A stretch of DNA of 64,000 bases from Selaginella moellendorffii (taxonomy: Eukaryota; Plantae; Lycopodiophyta): assembly GCF_000143415.4 (NCBI RefSeq), contig NW_003314442.1:62001-126000 (forward strand), in the 5' to 3' direction. Positions 37,450-49,699 of this stretch are shown in pieces (within the stretch, counting starts at the first letter, position 1; each line of letters starts with the position of its first letter). The translations under genes were made by a program, and so were the position numbers. The notes under the pieces are model-generated. The model had not been told where the DNA came from and made no database searches. It saw nothing but the letters and a program-made list of their open reading frames with translations.

Positions 37450-40400
37450 ATGGTAAGTGCCTCTCTTACGTCAAGAGCATTCCCTCAGAGTAGTGTGGTA
37501 ATGGCAGGAGCACAAGAGACCGTCGATTATAAGGATCTCCAAGCCAAGGCACAGTCTATTGATACAGGAAGAGGTTCTGGCTGCAAAAGTGGATGTGGTG
37601 GGGCGTAATGAACTAGAAGGCCTGTGGCAGGAGCTGGATTCCTGGTCTTTCGATATTTTCAAGGTTGCAACTGAGGACCTGCCGAAGGTCTGTCAATACT
37701 GTCCCTTTGCGCCTCAAAAGATTTAACCTTGCGCAGATGGCAGAAAGAATATTTGTAAACCTGGGCCTGTTAACGACTTTACCTCTGGACGTCCAGAAAT
37801 TAAAAGCTTTCATTGAGTGTGTAGGTGTCGAATACTTTTTCTTGTTCTCGATTGGGCGCTCCTTCCCTTGTTCTCCTCTCTACACAGATGATGGCACAAT
37901 ATCGCGCACATGTTCCATTTCACAACTTCCGGCATGCGTGCGATGTCCTACATGCTATGTAAGCGCTCAGAAGCTGTCGTACTAAAGTTTCTCTGGTTGA
38001 TTACCAGGTATTTGTTTCTTAAATTAGGAGGAGCGGATGAGAAGTTTAACGAACTTGAAAAGCTTGCTCTTTGCATAGGTGCATTGTGTCACGATGTTGA
38101 TCATCCAGGGCTTACAAACTCTTTTCTTGTTGCTTGTAATGATCCTCTTGCTATTCGATACAATGACTTATCTGTATTAGAAAATCATCATGCTTCGATC
38201 ACGGTGAAGGCACTGACGGTATAAAGCATTTCTTTTTCTCCTAATAAAGATGTGATTTTTCTGCATAGGGGTACGAGTCCATGAACATTCTAGGAATATT
38301 TCCTGACTCAGAACAAAGACACATTCGTAAGCTTATTGTGTCTTGTATTCTTGCAACGGACATGGCTTACCATGGTGCTGTTGTTCAGAGCTTCAGTTTA
38401 AGAAGCAAGGAAGTACGCTCATTCCATGCTTCTTCTCGTTATGAGTACCAGCCACCTCCACCGCCCAAAAAGGTCCCGTGCAAGGTTACAGGGATATTTG
38501 AAATGGAGGAGCAACAAGAAGAACCAGCATTGGTGTTTCCTCAAGTGACGAAAGAACACAGGAGCAGCGACGATGTTCTGCTTCTTATGAAAGTGATTAT
38601 GAAATGTTCAGATATTAGCAACACTATCAGACCTTATCCACTCTCCAAGAAGTGGGCTGCTTTGCTGCTTCTAGAATGGTTTAGACAAGGGGACGTAGAA
38701 AGGAGGTTAGGAATGGAAATATCAAGAAATATGAACAGGAACGATCCAGACTCTTTACAGTAGGGATAACCTTTCTTGCGTATTTTGCCAATAAATGACG
38801 TTTGCAGCTTCTGACAGGTCGATGACACTTGGCTGCATTGACGCCTTTTCAATACCAATGTACGAAGCTGTAGCACGAGTATTACCAAAGCTGAAAAACA
38901 ATGTTTTACCAAATCTTGCTTCGAATCGGGAGTCCTGGATGTCTTTTTCAACAGCTGGACCGATAGAACAGGTTATAATTCTGTTGGGAATTATGCTATC
39001 ACATCCATTGCCATGCAGGAAGTGCAAGTTATACTTGGTTCCTTTTTTCCCATTGAAGGTGACGACGAGCAGCAGAGGCAATCGACGTCGAAGTCAGGAG
39101 CTAGGTCGTCACAGACAGGGCAATCAACGATGCCAGAGTCCGCTCAATCCTCCGAAGGCCACAAGGTTTCTGAGATTAAAAAGGCTAGCGTGACAACGCA
39201 CACGAGTCCTGGGAATGAAAGGCCCCTGAGCCTCCTCTTTGGAGCTCCGCTGGGCAGGGACGTGAATACGTTAGCATCAGAATTGGCGTGGAACACTACT
39301 CTACGGGACTCTTCACTGAGAGTCAATTTAGTCCCATCCACAAGAAGGTCTCATTCTTCCGGAAGCATTGGATCGCTACAGCTAGGTCCTGGACAAACAG
39401 TGCCAAGTGAGAGAGGCTCTTCACTTGCTGGTACTATAAATGACGAAATGGACTACAGACATGAAACATCGTTATCTTTGGATCGTATTGACGTTGACAA
39501 AGGACCTGTGGGATTTTTCACAAGGCTTCGTGCGCGTGGCGTAGCCATCAGGGTCAGTCAAGTGCTGGACAGCAGGGTTTGGGCGCACTTTGTGGCCATT
39601 CCTGCTACACTGATTGCGCTCTTCTTAAATGATTTTAGCAGGGCATTTCTACCGAAGTCATTAGACACGTTCGTGAATGTGGTTTACGTCATCTGTCTGT
39701 TCCTCTTCTTGCTTGACCTTGTTGCACTGTCAGTACTAAAGCCAGCCTATCTTTTCAGCTTCGCCTTTTGGTAGGTATGTGATTTCTCGTCATATTTGGA
39801 CATCGTTTGTACTAACATGCCATTGTTAGTAAGGCTCGATCTCGTTGGAAGCCTTACTCTACTTCCATATATGTTTGATCTCATTAGGCAGAACCTCATT
39901 GTTGCTAGAGTCTGGAAAGCAGCAGAGTCTCTAAGTCGCCTTGCAAAAAAGCTTCAAAACCGGAGCGCGAAGGTTCCAAGCGCTTTCCTGATTGCTCGGC
40001 TAGCAAAGGTATGCATAGATTGGCTGACACAGACGTTTGTAATCCGTCTGTATAGGCTGTATTTTACCACTGCATTCGCCCTTTAGAGTCCAAGGCCACA
40101 GACGATAAAGAGACGACCGAAGATTCTTCAAATCAGTTTATGTCTTCGAAGCCTAGTTATCTATGGTTGAGACTATCAGACTTGCAATCTCAGAGGCTTG
40201 TTCTTGGCATCCTCATTTTAGCCATAGCATTACCATATTTTTACCAGCTCCCTGATGACCTCGCTCCCACGCTGGCTCTCGCTGCACTTGACTCCAGTCC
40301 CCTGTACACACTGAGGTTTAACACCAGCCTTATAAATTTGAACCAGTTCAACAACCAGCATGACTACGCAATTATCTACTTGGGATGTAGAGATGGATGT

Positions 40401-42088
40401 GCCCAAGGCTATTGCAGCGGGTACGAGTTTTCTGAAGGCGATCCTTTTATTCAAGTGGTTCCGCCCATTGAGGCAGGTCGTGATGCAAAGTCGGATGTGA
40501 CATCTAAGTATCGAGATGAAGAACTTATCAAGGTTAAGAGTGACTCTAGACGCTGCGAGGCATTTTATTCGATTCGTAAGCGAAGCCGGAAAAACCACGT
40601 ACTAAACGTAAGTACTGGTTTCTTGTTCGTATCCAGTAGCTTGAAACATTGGGTGGCGCAGATGGGGCTGACGTTGCTTATTTTGTGCATCTTGTCTGCT
40701 TTATCGTTCCTTTTAAGCTGGGATACCAACAATTTATTGGTTCAGGTGCGTGTTAAGCTCACTCAGATCTGTTATTTACAGGAGCATTTCAGCCCATTGA
40801 AAGAATGGTAAACTTTATCAAGGAGCTTGCAGACAACCCAGGTGCATTCGTGGGGAAGTCTATTTCCCGAAAGTCCAGGGGAAAATCAGGAAAGGTCGTT
40901 TGCTAATTAGAGGTTCCTGGCTAATAGATTTCAATGACAGGTCATGGAAACGAGAATGCTTGAGGGAGCCTTGGTGAAGATCGCAAGCCTGAGCAAAGTG
41001 GCTCTTGGGGATGCTGGAATGGACATTCTTTCCGTCAACCTTAAGGGAGCCGAATTTAATCGTGAGTTGGCCCTTTCTATACCTTGATCATTTGTCATCC
41101 TTCTGTGCACAGCCATGGTTCCAGGTAAGAAGATACGTGCCTGTTTTGGCTTTTGTGACATCAGGAACTTCACTGACGCGACTGAGTGCCTGCAAGAAGA
41201 TGTTATGATGTTTGTGAATAAAATAGCGGATGTAGTACATAGCAAGGCTATTATGCACAATGGGTTTCCAAACAAGAATGTGGGCGATGCCTTTCTAGTC
41301 GTATGGAAAAAGACCATGTCCGACGGTGCACAAAAGGTGGAATGTCCTCTTTCTGCTCTTTCCAGTCAGGAATGTATTTTCTGGTTTCCAGTCAAAAGGT
41401 TCTTCGTTTGCGGACAGGGCACTGATATCATTTCTGGATGTCATTCAAGCTTTAGAATCGTCTGAAGTATTGCACGAATATGCGATGCATCCGGCCATCC
41501 AGCAGCGGATGCCAGGTACGTCTCATAATGGTCCTTCCTTGCAGTAAAGATAAGTGGAATCATTGTTTTCACCTAGGATACACAATCAAGATGGGTTTTG
41601 GCCTTCATGTTGGGTGGGCCATCGAAGGAGCCATCGGCTCATCGCACAAAGTGGACCCGTCGTATTTGTCTCCCCATGTCAACATGGCATCTAGGCTGGA
41701 AGCGGCGACCAAGCAATATGGAGTAATGATCTTGATATCAGAAACAGTGATTGCAAACCTTACAAAGAGTAGCCTTCGCGATTGCTGCCGGAAGCTGGAC
41801 AGGGTGACCGTCAAGGGCAGTGCGGATCCCTTGACTCTGTACACGTATGACTTGCCAATGTTTCAAAACGACCTTAAGGCCTTGTATGCGGATTACAAGA
41901 ACATGTTTGAGGCAGCTGTGGACAGCTACATTGTTGGTAACTGGCACACTGCTCTGGAGAAGCTGAGAGAGTGTGTTAACCTGTGGCACTCGGACAGGCC
42001 GGCAAGACTGCTCACTTCATTCATGGGGTCACACAAGAACATGGTCCCGGCAAATTGGAAAGGCTACCGAGAGTTATCGGAGAAGTGA
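37450..42088 (+). CDS. CAPE: CAPE: cyclic-nucleotide phosphodiesterase + membrane region + class III adenylyl cyclase
   Basis: First coding exon is ATG only. PDE motifs LDSWSFDIF, FHNFRHACDV, LCHDVDHPGLTN, LENHH, ILATDM, KCSDISN. TM helices. AC motifs FCDIRNFT, NKNVGDAF, GFGLHVGWAIEGAIGSSHKVDPSYLSPHVNMASRLE. TPR-like tail. Confidence 0.92.
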
Positions 42089-42619
42089 AACATATTTTTG
42101 ATTTTTGATATTGTTAGGATAAAAACTAAATTATCCATTGCATATGGCACACTTGAGGCAGTTGGGGATTACAGTGTCAGGCACTGCAGTTCATAGAGGT
42201 GTTGAAGATGAGTTTTGATGAGTCCCTTAAATAATATTATCATTCTTATCATCATCATCATCATCATCATCATCGGCCGTTGATTTTCAGGTAAGTCGGA
42301 AAAAGATGTTTTGAAAAATGAGAGATGAAAACAAGAATAGAAAGAACGAAAGAAAACAAACCAAGTTTTGAAAAACTATGTCTTTGAAGCTTCCACTCCT
42401 TTTAAAGAAATACACACTCAAATATATCAAAACATTCTCCCAATTTTACAAAACACTTCCAAAAATTAACCGCCACCTTTTGCAAGCATTATATATGAAA
42501 AAAGATCCTTGTTTCAACCACCAAACTCCTGTGCCATCTGTAAGGCAGTGCTTAGATCCCAGTACATTCGACAAGCTCCTAGCAGACTCCCTCACACGCC
42601 CTCACTCCTCTTGCCCAGC

Positions 42620-43170
42620 ATCCCCTTGGAATCCTTCAGCTTCCCGGCCCTTGCAAACACATGCTACTGCAGCGATCTGCAGTGAGATTCAAGCCATGGT
42701 TGCGGACTCCAAGTACTGCCACACGTTCACGAAAGCGATCTCCTCCTATTTCAAGGCCATGGCATGGAAGAGCTCTAGAGCTTCCCATCCTTGTCTAGAG
42801 AGCAAAGCCCACCACCATGGAGTTTCACATCATTTACATGGGCATCTTGTACTTTGCCTGCTCGAGCTTGCCACCATGCCATCATAGAGAGGCATGATAC
42901 TGAGTTTTTTCCCGGCCATCTTGCCAAAAGAGATTCACCCTACCACAATCATGTTCCAGGCAACGAAACTCCAGTTCGCTTCCTCTAGGAGCCCGTTCTG
43001 CAGTAATTTCCATACACAGGTTGTTCAGCAACACATCCTACAATGTGACCATCACTCTTGGTGCACAACTCATAAAGCGCCACATCTAGGGTGTACATAC
43101 TCAGCTAATCTGTTTGCCCAGCTCAGTCTTTCTCTAACAGTCTCCTGGCAAATCTCAACCCCAGCCATGC
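42620..43170 (-). pseudogene. PPR gene remnant
   Basis: WSFVAWNMIVVG and GWEALELFHAMAL..EIAFVNV with stops and frameshifts. Confidence 0.5.
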
Positions 43171-45432
43171 TATCCCACATCAAATAACTTACAATCCCAA
43201 TTGATCTGTGAGCTCGACAATCCACAAACAACTCACAATCCAATGATTTCTGAGCGACACAATCCTCAAAAAACTCATAAACCAATTATCTGTGAATTCT
43301 CAAGTGACTAAAAATCCAATGATCTATGAGGCTGTGGGTAGATGCACTATGTTCACTACAGCATTGGTTTTGGATGGACATAAAGATTAATGTTTTGCAA
43401 GTAGCAAATCCTGCCATTGATCCTGTACAGAGGGACTTGTGATGTCTCTTGACGTCAATATTGGAAAGTGAGAAAACATTCTAGAACCAAAAGCTGAGAA
43501 TGCTGCTCAGGTGTGGGTTATAATTACAGTTAATCATCCAATTATTGTCTTGCATGTGCTGCTGAAGTTACTGAGCCAGTTACTGAATCGAAACTTTGAT
43601 CCAGTTTTGAAGGCTTCGATAATTCCAACGTTATTTGACATTAGTAATGGACTTGAATGATCACTTTCTTCTGCACTAGACAAGCTGTGTGAATTGCTGA
43701 TTAGGCTGTACGTGGAGGATCACAGCTTGGGTGGAGGTGCTTGGGAAAACTTCCTGGTAGAAAGTAGAATTTAAAACCTTGGGAGAATAGTGAGGTTGGA
43801 TAACAAAAGCAAGATACCTTGAGCGCGTTGTGTAAAATTCTGTCTCAGCTCCTCTAGACAGGACATTGTGTGCATCATCATCTCCAAAACGTTCAAGCCA
43901 TGTCAATAGTGCTTCTAACAAGGATTTTCAGACTGGATAGGATCTTTCAATTCATACCCTGCTAAGATTCTCTCAATGATGTTCTCTGGAGCTCTGGCTG
44001 CTTGATTCACGCAGGATGGACTCAATAGAAACCAGAACGTTTTTTATTCCATGAGGCCAGGAGTACTGCAGCTTGAAATAGTTCTCAGTTCCCAATGTAG
44101 CCACTGGGAATAAGGATAAGGGAACACCATCTGCGAGATTTTTCAGCAGGTAATGTCATCTGCACTGAACTTATGATTTTCTTATGTTGCTCATATTTGC
44201 TGATTTCATCATTCTTTTGTGTTTTTTTTCTTGGTGTCTGATGCCTCACCTCTGTCTTTCAGCCTTTTAAATGCTACACAGCAAGAATCCAGTCTCCTGC
44301 CACTCCTGTTGCTCTCTCCCCGATGACCACTTGAGGTATGTGCACTCTTTCTTTTCCTTGTCATGCTTGCTTCAATTTCCTTGTCATGCTCGCTCTTTCT
44401 CATTTGATGTTGTTGAGATTGCATGGAGTTATGCATCCAAGTCGACTGTGAGAATTGCTCATCCCTTGCTGAGCGTGGCAATGTTTCTTGAGTCAGAATT
44501 CTCCTTGTTTGATATCTCCTACCCGGCTGTAAGTTCCATGGCGCAATGCTCCTGGCTGCCATGGAATCAAAGACGTGCTGGTTGTGTTCTTTGCTCTCCA
44601 CACACGGACATTGAGAGACTCAGCGCTGGTTTGGGCGATTCCCATTCCATAAGAATGGAACCAGCTCATCGCTCCTGATCCAAAACCAGTTTTTTCATGT
44701 TCAGTAGCATCACCACCATCACAAGGATCACTCCGCAAAGCCACCATCACTAAAAATCGAAAGTAGAATCTGGCAGGAGAAGGACGAGGCTGGGAATCCC
44801 GAAATCCCGTACTCTTGTTGTGACAGGTTGAAGGTAAGGACTTTGTTCTTTGTGTCATCTGAGAGTTCTAAGCGATTTTCTGGCTCTTCCTCATTTTTTT
44901 TTCTCTCTTTTGTGTTTGGTAGTATGCTCATCAAAAGTGTGTGTAACACTGGTGCAACGAAAAAGAGGACACTATCTGTGAGATTTGTCAGCAGGTACAT
45001 CATCTGCATTGAACTTCCAATTGCTTATCTTCCTCATGTTTGCTGATTTCAATCATTCTTTAGTTTTGAATGCAGCCAAGGTAGAGCTCCATTTCTGAGA
45101 GTTATGACACAACATTTAAGAACTTAACTGCAAATGTGGATTTCCACAGAAGGGTCACCAACCTGTCACTGCTTCCATTGCTGCATGATGTTTGTGATTT
45201 TCTTGCTCAAGCTGGTCGTGAGAGAAAACAAAAGCCGTAGGAGGCACAGTTTAGAATCAAAGCTGGTAAAGCTTAGTAGCAAACCTGGTAAAGTTGTAGA
45301 ATATACAGATTGGAATCAAAACTATAAGTCTTAGTAGCAATTTGTAAAAATAAACATGCTAAGAGAAAGCAAAAAAGAAATAGTTTGAATAATTAAAACT
45401 ACATCTTTCAAATTGAAAATATTCTCTACTAC

Positions 45433-45459
45433 TCCCAGCAAAGCTGGGACCCCTGCTAG
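45433..45459 (+). mobile_element. Helitron 3' terminus (hairpin + CTAG)
   Basis: TCCCAGC AAA GCTGGGA cccctg CTAG, followed by TCATCATC... Confidence 0.8.
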
Positions 45460-45696
45460 TCATCATCATCATCATACTCCCTTATTTAAAAGTGCTATTG
45501 GCATATGGCATCTGCCGTCTTTTATTTCATTTTAAGAATATTATTTATGAATATGCTTATAATCTAATGGTTAAAATTCAAAAACTTCAAATAGATGGCA
45601 TAGATGAAGTGCCAAAGGGGTGGCAACGCTTCAATGTGATTTTAGTGATGCTCCAAATCAAGTGAAATTTCTTATGTGATAGGGCAGATTGTGAGC

Positions 45697-45701
<5 letters not shown>

Positions 45702-45792
<91 letters not shown>

Positions 45793-45810
45793 CTGTGTGT
45801 GTGTGTGTGT
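45702..45810 (+). repeat. Compound microsatellite (CT)n-(AT)n-(GT)n
   Basis: Directly visible. Confidence 0.95.
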
Positions 45811-46669
45811 TATAACATTTCCTTTAGTTGGAACAAGGTTTTGGAAATGAAGATTGTGTGCCCAGATGAGACAAGCCATTTGCTGCTTCTCATGGCTTGC
45901 ACTCACAGTGGAGAAGTGGGCCATTGACTGAAGCTATGCGGCTCTTTTTTAGAACCTTGAAAGTAAGTTTTTCAATGTTTTTTAAGAGTTTCCATCTATT
46001 TATCTTTGCAGGAACAAGATCCAGACTGGTAGTCAAGTCGCCAGGGAGAAAAGCTGAGGAAATTGGTGAAATGGCTTTATACTTTTTCATTTTTGTGTTA
46101 TAACTAAAACTTTGAAGCATTCTTTCAGCCTATGCAAGACAATGATTTAAATCCAAGCCTTCAGGAGGAGTACATCCCTGCTGTAAACAACTCTCCTCCA
46201 TCCCCCTTGCTGCCATCAGCAAATGGTGGAACGATGTCCAGGTATGTAGTGTTTCGCTCTTTAATAACTGATGTTGCACCTTTGCCATAGGTGCTCAAAC
46301 TAAGAATGCTCACCTGGTCCAAGTTGAGCAAAAGCTCCCAATGTCTCCTTTTGTCCTTATCCATGCTGCTGATCCCACCCTGTGCCAGTCATAGCCTGGT
46401 AATTTTTTTAGCTTTGTACTTTCATCTTACAATATTCCCAAGTGTTTTCAGATTCTGAAGAACAGGATGCTGTTTGTTGGTGGCCACTTGAGAAACCCTT
46501 GACTCTGTCTCAGGTTAATATAATGCATTTCAGTGTCTCACTTCAGTGCTCTCTATCTCCAGTTCATGTTTTTGATATGCAGACTTTCACTTGGTTGCTT
46601 TTTCCAACAATGGACAAGCTCTTGTGCATGTGACATACTTTATCACGAACCTGAGATTGCTGTTTGAGG

Positions 46670-46830
46670 GGCCAGTCTGTTTTGCTGATCGGATCCTGCT
46701 TAGTGGAGTCATGTTTGGTGGAGAAGACTCCAATAGGTGTTTGCTCAATGACCTCAACATCTTTGATCTGGAAACAATGACATGGGACGCTGTCAATGCA
46801 ATATAAGCCAGCACGGACGTATATTGCATG
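46670..46830 (+). pseudogene. Captured kelch-repeat exon (ACBP4-like kelch family)
   Basis: VMFGGEDSNRCLLNDLNIFDLETMTWDAV followed by a stop. Confidence 0.6.
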
Positions 46831-49333
46831 TGAGGTATGGTATTTTGATTATCCTTGCTGGTCTTACTCCGATTCCATTTGTCATTTTCTGTCCTGCCTA
46901 GGGATTGAGTCTCGTCTTCATGTGTTTGAATGGCGAAGGAACATTAATAGCCTTGGTTGTTTTTGAGACTGTGACTTGTATTGAGGTGGAAGCTGTCAGA
47001 TGCATGTACTGAAGACATGCAAAAGCCAATCAGAGGTGTCTCCTGCTCCGAGTGTTGGTGGAGCCATTTTATAGAGGTTGGAGAATCTGCAAATGTGCCC
47101 AAGAGCTCAATAATTTTGAAGGAACCAATAAATCATCAGCCTATGGGATCATGTTTTTGTGCATCTCTTCCCTGTTTGATAATGTTATTTTACTTTTTTC
47201 CAGGAGAATGGCAGCTACAACACACCAAAGTTGCTGGAGCTTAAACAGGAGCTTGAGGTGGCTCTAGCATCACTCTAAGACGAAATAGCATGTACAGCTA
47301 TGACTGGTCGAATATGGAGAAACCCTTAGCTTTTGTGAATTGTTTTAATGGCAAGGAGCTTATGCAGCATGATAGTTCATGGCAGAATGAAGTAGAGGCA
47401 CTCCAGGTTTGGCATTCTTGTTGGATGTCTCTATGCTTCTCTCTAAAAGTGACGAAAAGAATGAGATTTCTACGCTCCAGGTCGTGTCGGTGCTGCTGTT
47501 GTCCACCAGCAGTGACATTCCTGCCAGTGTTGCTTGCGGCAAGATCAAGATCATCGTTGAGTTTTAGGCAAATTGATGAAGATGCCTGGCAAATGAGAGA
47601 TGAAAACAAGAATAGAAAGAAAAAAAAGAACCAAAAAGGCTCTGGAAATATCTGTATAGCTGAGGGCAGAGGCTCTGTATAACTGTGAGAAGATGCTCTG
47701 GAAATGGTTGATTAGAAACTTGAGGAGTCTCTTGATTACAATCTTGGAGGGGTCAGGAAAACTTCCTAGCAGAGAGTAGAATTTTAAACCTTGGGAGAAA
47801 AGAAAGCTTGGATGACAAAAGCAAAGTACCTTGAGAATGTTGCATTGCATATCTTGGCTTCTTAAGACAGGAGGACATTGTGCACATCCAAAATGTTCAA
47901 GTCATGTCAAAAGTGTTTCTAAGAAGGATTTTCAAATAGAGACAGACTTGGATAGGACATCTAGATTCATACCTTGTCAAGATGCTCTCCATGTGCTTGA
48001 AAACTTTGGGATGATGTAATGAGAAGGATTCCGCAAGTAGAGGTGTAATTGGCAGCTTCATTTTCATTCACTATGCAGGCAGGTTCCCATGGTCTCAGAA
48101 GAATGCCCTTCGCAGCATGACTCATCAGCTCAATAGCGAGAATGTCTTAGTAATTGTTCCCAGAGGTGGCCAGCACTAAGCGAGTAGGTTATTGGTGACA
48201 TGGTATGCAATGTTCTACTGGAGACATCATGCTATGAACAGGGCTGACTGCTTGGAAATGCACACTCCAGGTGAGGGATGTGAAGCCAGTGCTGGTGGTG
48301 TAGGCACCAAAGAAAAGGCTAAACAGCTGACTGCTGCTGATGTCATTGGCCTCTGTCCACCACCATTTGTTTTATGTGGCTTCCAGCTCACAGCTAGGAA
48401 AGGAAGTTAAAGTTCTACTGTGCATTGCTGAAAGAAGCCAGGTTAGTATGTTAACAACATAGGCCCTACCTCCAAAGTTGGGCACCACCATCTCCTTACT
48501 CACAAAGCTCAACTTAACATACACAATGGCAGTAAAGCTGCATGACTCCCTTTTACATGCTTTTCTTTTCCATCCCAATCCAAGGAATGAATAGGCCTTT
48601 ATTGCACCATAGGATGTCTTGAATTATTACTGTAATTTCTTTGTACTATACCATGTACTTTGATAAGGCAATCCTAGGAAGACCTCATTTTGGTAATTTT
48701 TGAAGGAAATGAGCATATTTCCATCATATCACTCCACCAAGCAAGATAATAGTAATAAAGTTACTCATTAGCATTTAGACCCAAGCTCTGTTGGGCAAAC
48801 AAACATAAATTTTGAATGAGCAGTATACAAACATCCATTTTTGCTATCAAATTTGGCAGCAACAATGAATTTCTGAAGTACCATTATACTCTTTCTTTTG
48901 GTTTTGAACTTATGCTCAATCAACTTAGCAACAGAGACTCATGGCAAAGCTCATTATCATTGGATAAATTGTTAGAAGACTTGCTAGCAGTGGGGAGGAT
49001 GCAAGGAGAGAATTAATGGCAACACTACTATATTTCCTCCTTTTCCCCTCTTCCCATTTTTTTTTTTTATAAACTATGGCCTATCAGCCTTAGAAAAGGA
49101 CAATCCCAGGATCTTTGCCAGTAATTCTTCCCCTCTTCTATATGGCAAGAGTGGATGCAAGTTCTTAGCACTTGCATCATGCACCTACAAAGTTACTATG
49201 ACTAACTTATAACATCAAAAGTTGTAAATGACTATTAACACTTTTTTAGACATGGCTATCTCTTTTTTTTTTTCAGACTTACATGTTGTTCTGCTCCAAA
49301 GTATATATAATAATATCTTTTCATTTTTACTTT

Positions 49334-49350
49334 TCCCAGCACAGCTGGGA
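49334..49350 (+). mobile_element. Helitron 3' hairpin without CTAG, abutting a new 5' end
   Basis: TCCCAGC ACA GCTGGGA directly followed by TCATCATCATACTCATATATTTAAACG. Confidence 0.65.
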
Positions 49351-49699
49351 TCATCATCATACTCATATATTTAAACGAAAGAGCCGGTATAATAATAGCA
49401 TATGCTGGCGTCACTTATTCTGGGCATATGCCAAAATCTAACGGCTGAGATTAAACAATGGGGAGTCGTGACTTTTGGGATCATAAAAACTTTTAATTGT
49501 CTTTTAGGGCGCGTGAGCACGAGGAGAGAGCGTCGATCATCGCTTGTGGGAAGGTACTCTCTCTCTCTCTCTCTCTCTCTCTACCTCTGTGTGTGTGTGA
49601 GTTTGATGCGGTCTTCATTGCAGAGCACCTCAGAGCTACAGTCAGCTGTACGTGAAGATCTGAAGCTGCTACCGATCTACCGATTGAAAAGCTCAGGTT

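Noticed and set aside
37450-42088. PDE-adenylyl cyclase fusion as a new system
   Set aside because: CAPE is already described in motile-sperm plants. Only its genomic pairing and membrane architecture are flagged.
45658-45927. ORFs with poly-RE or poly-SL
   Set aside because: Translation of microsatellites.
48400-48720. Possible second Helitron Rep remnant on the minus strand (FTAIVYVKL...GGRAYVVNI)
   Set aside because: The similarity is too weak to support without a search.
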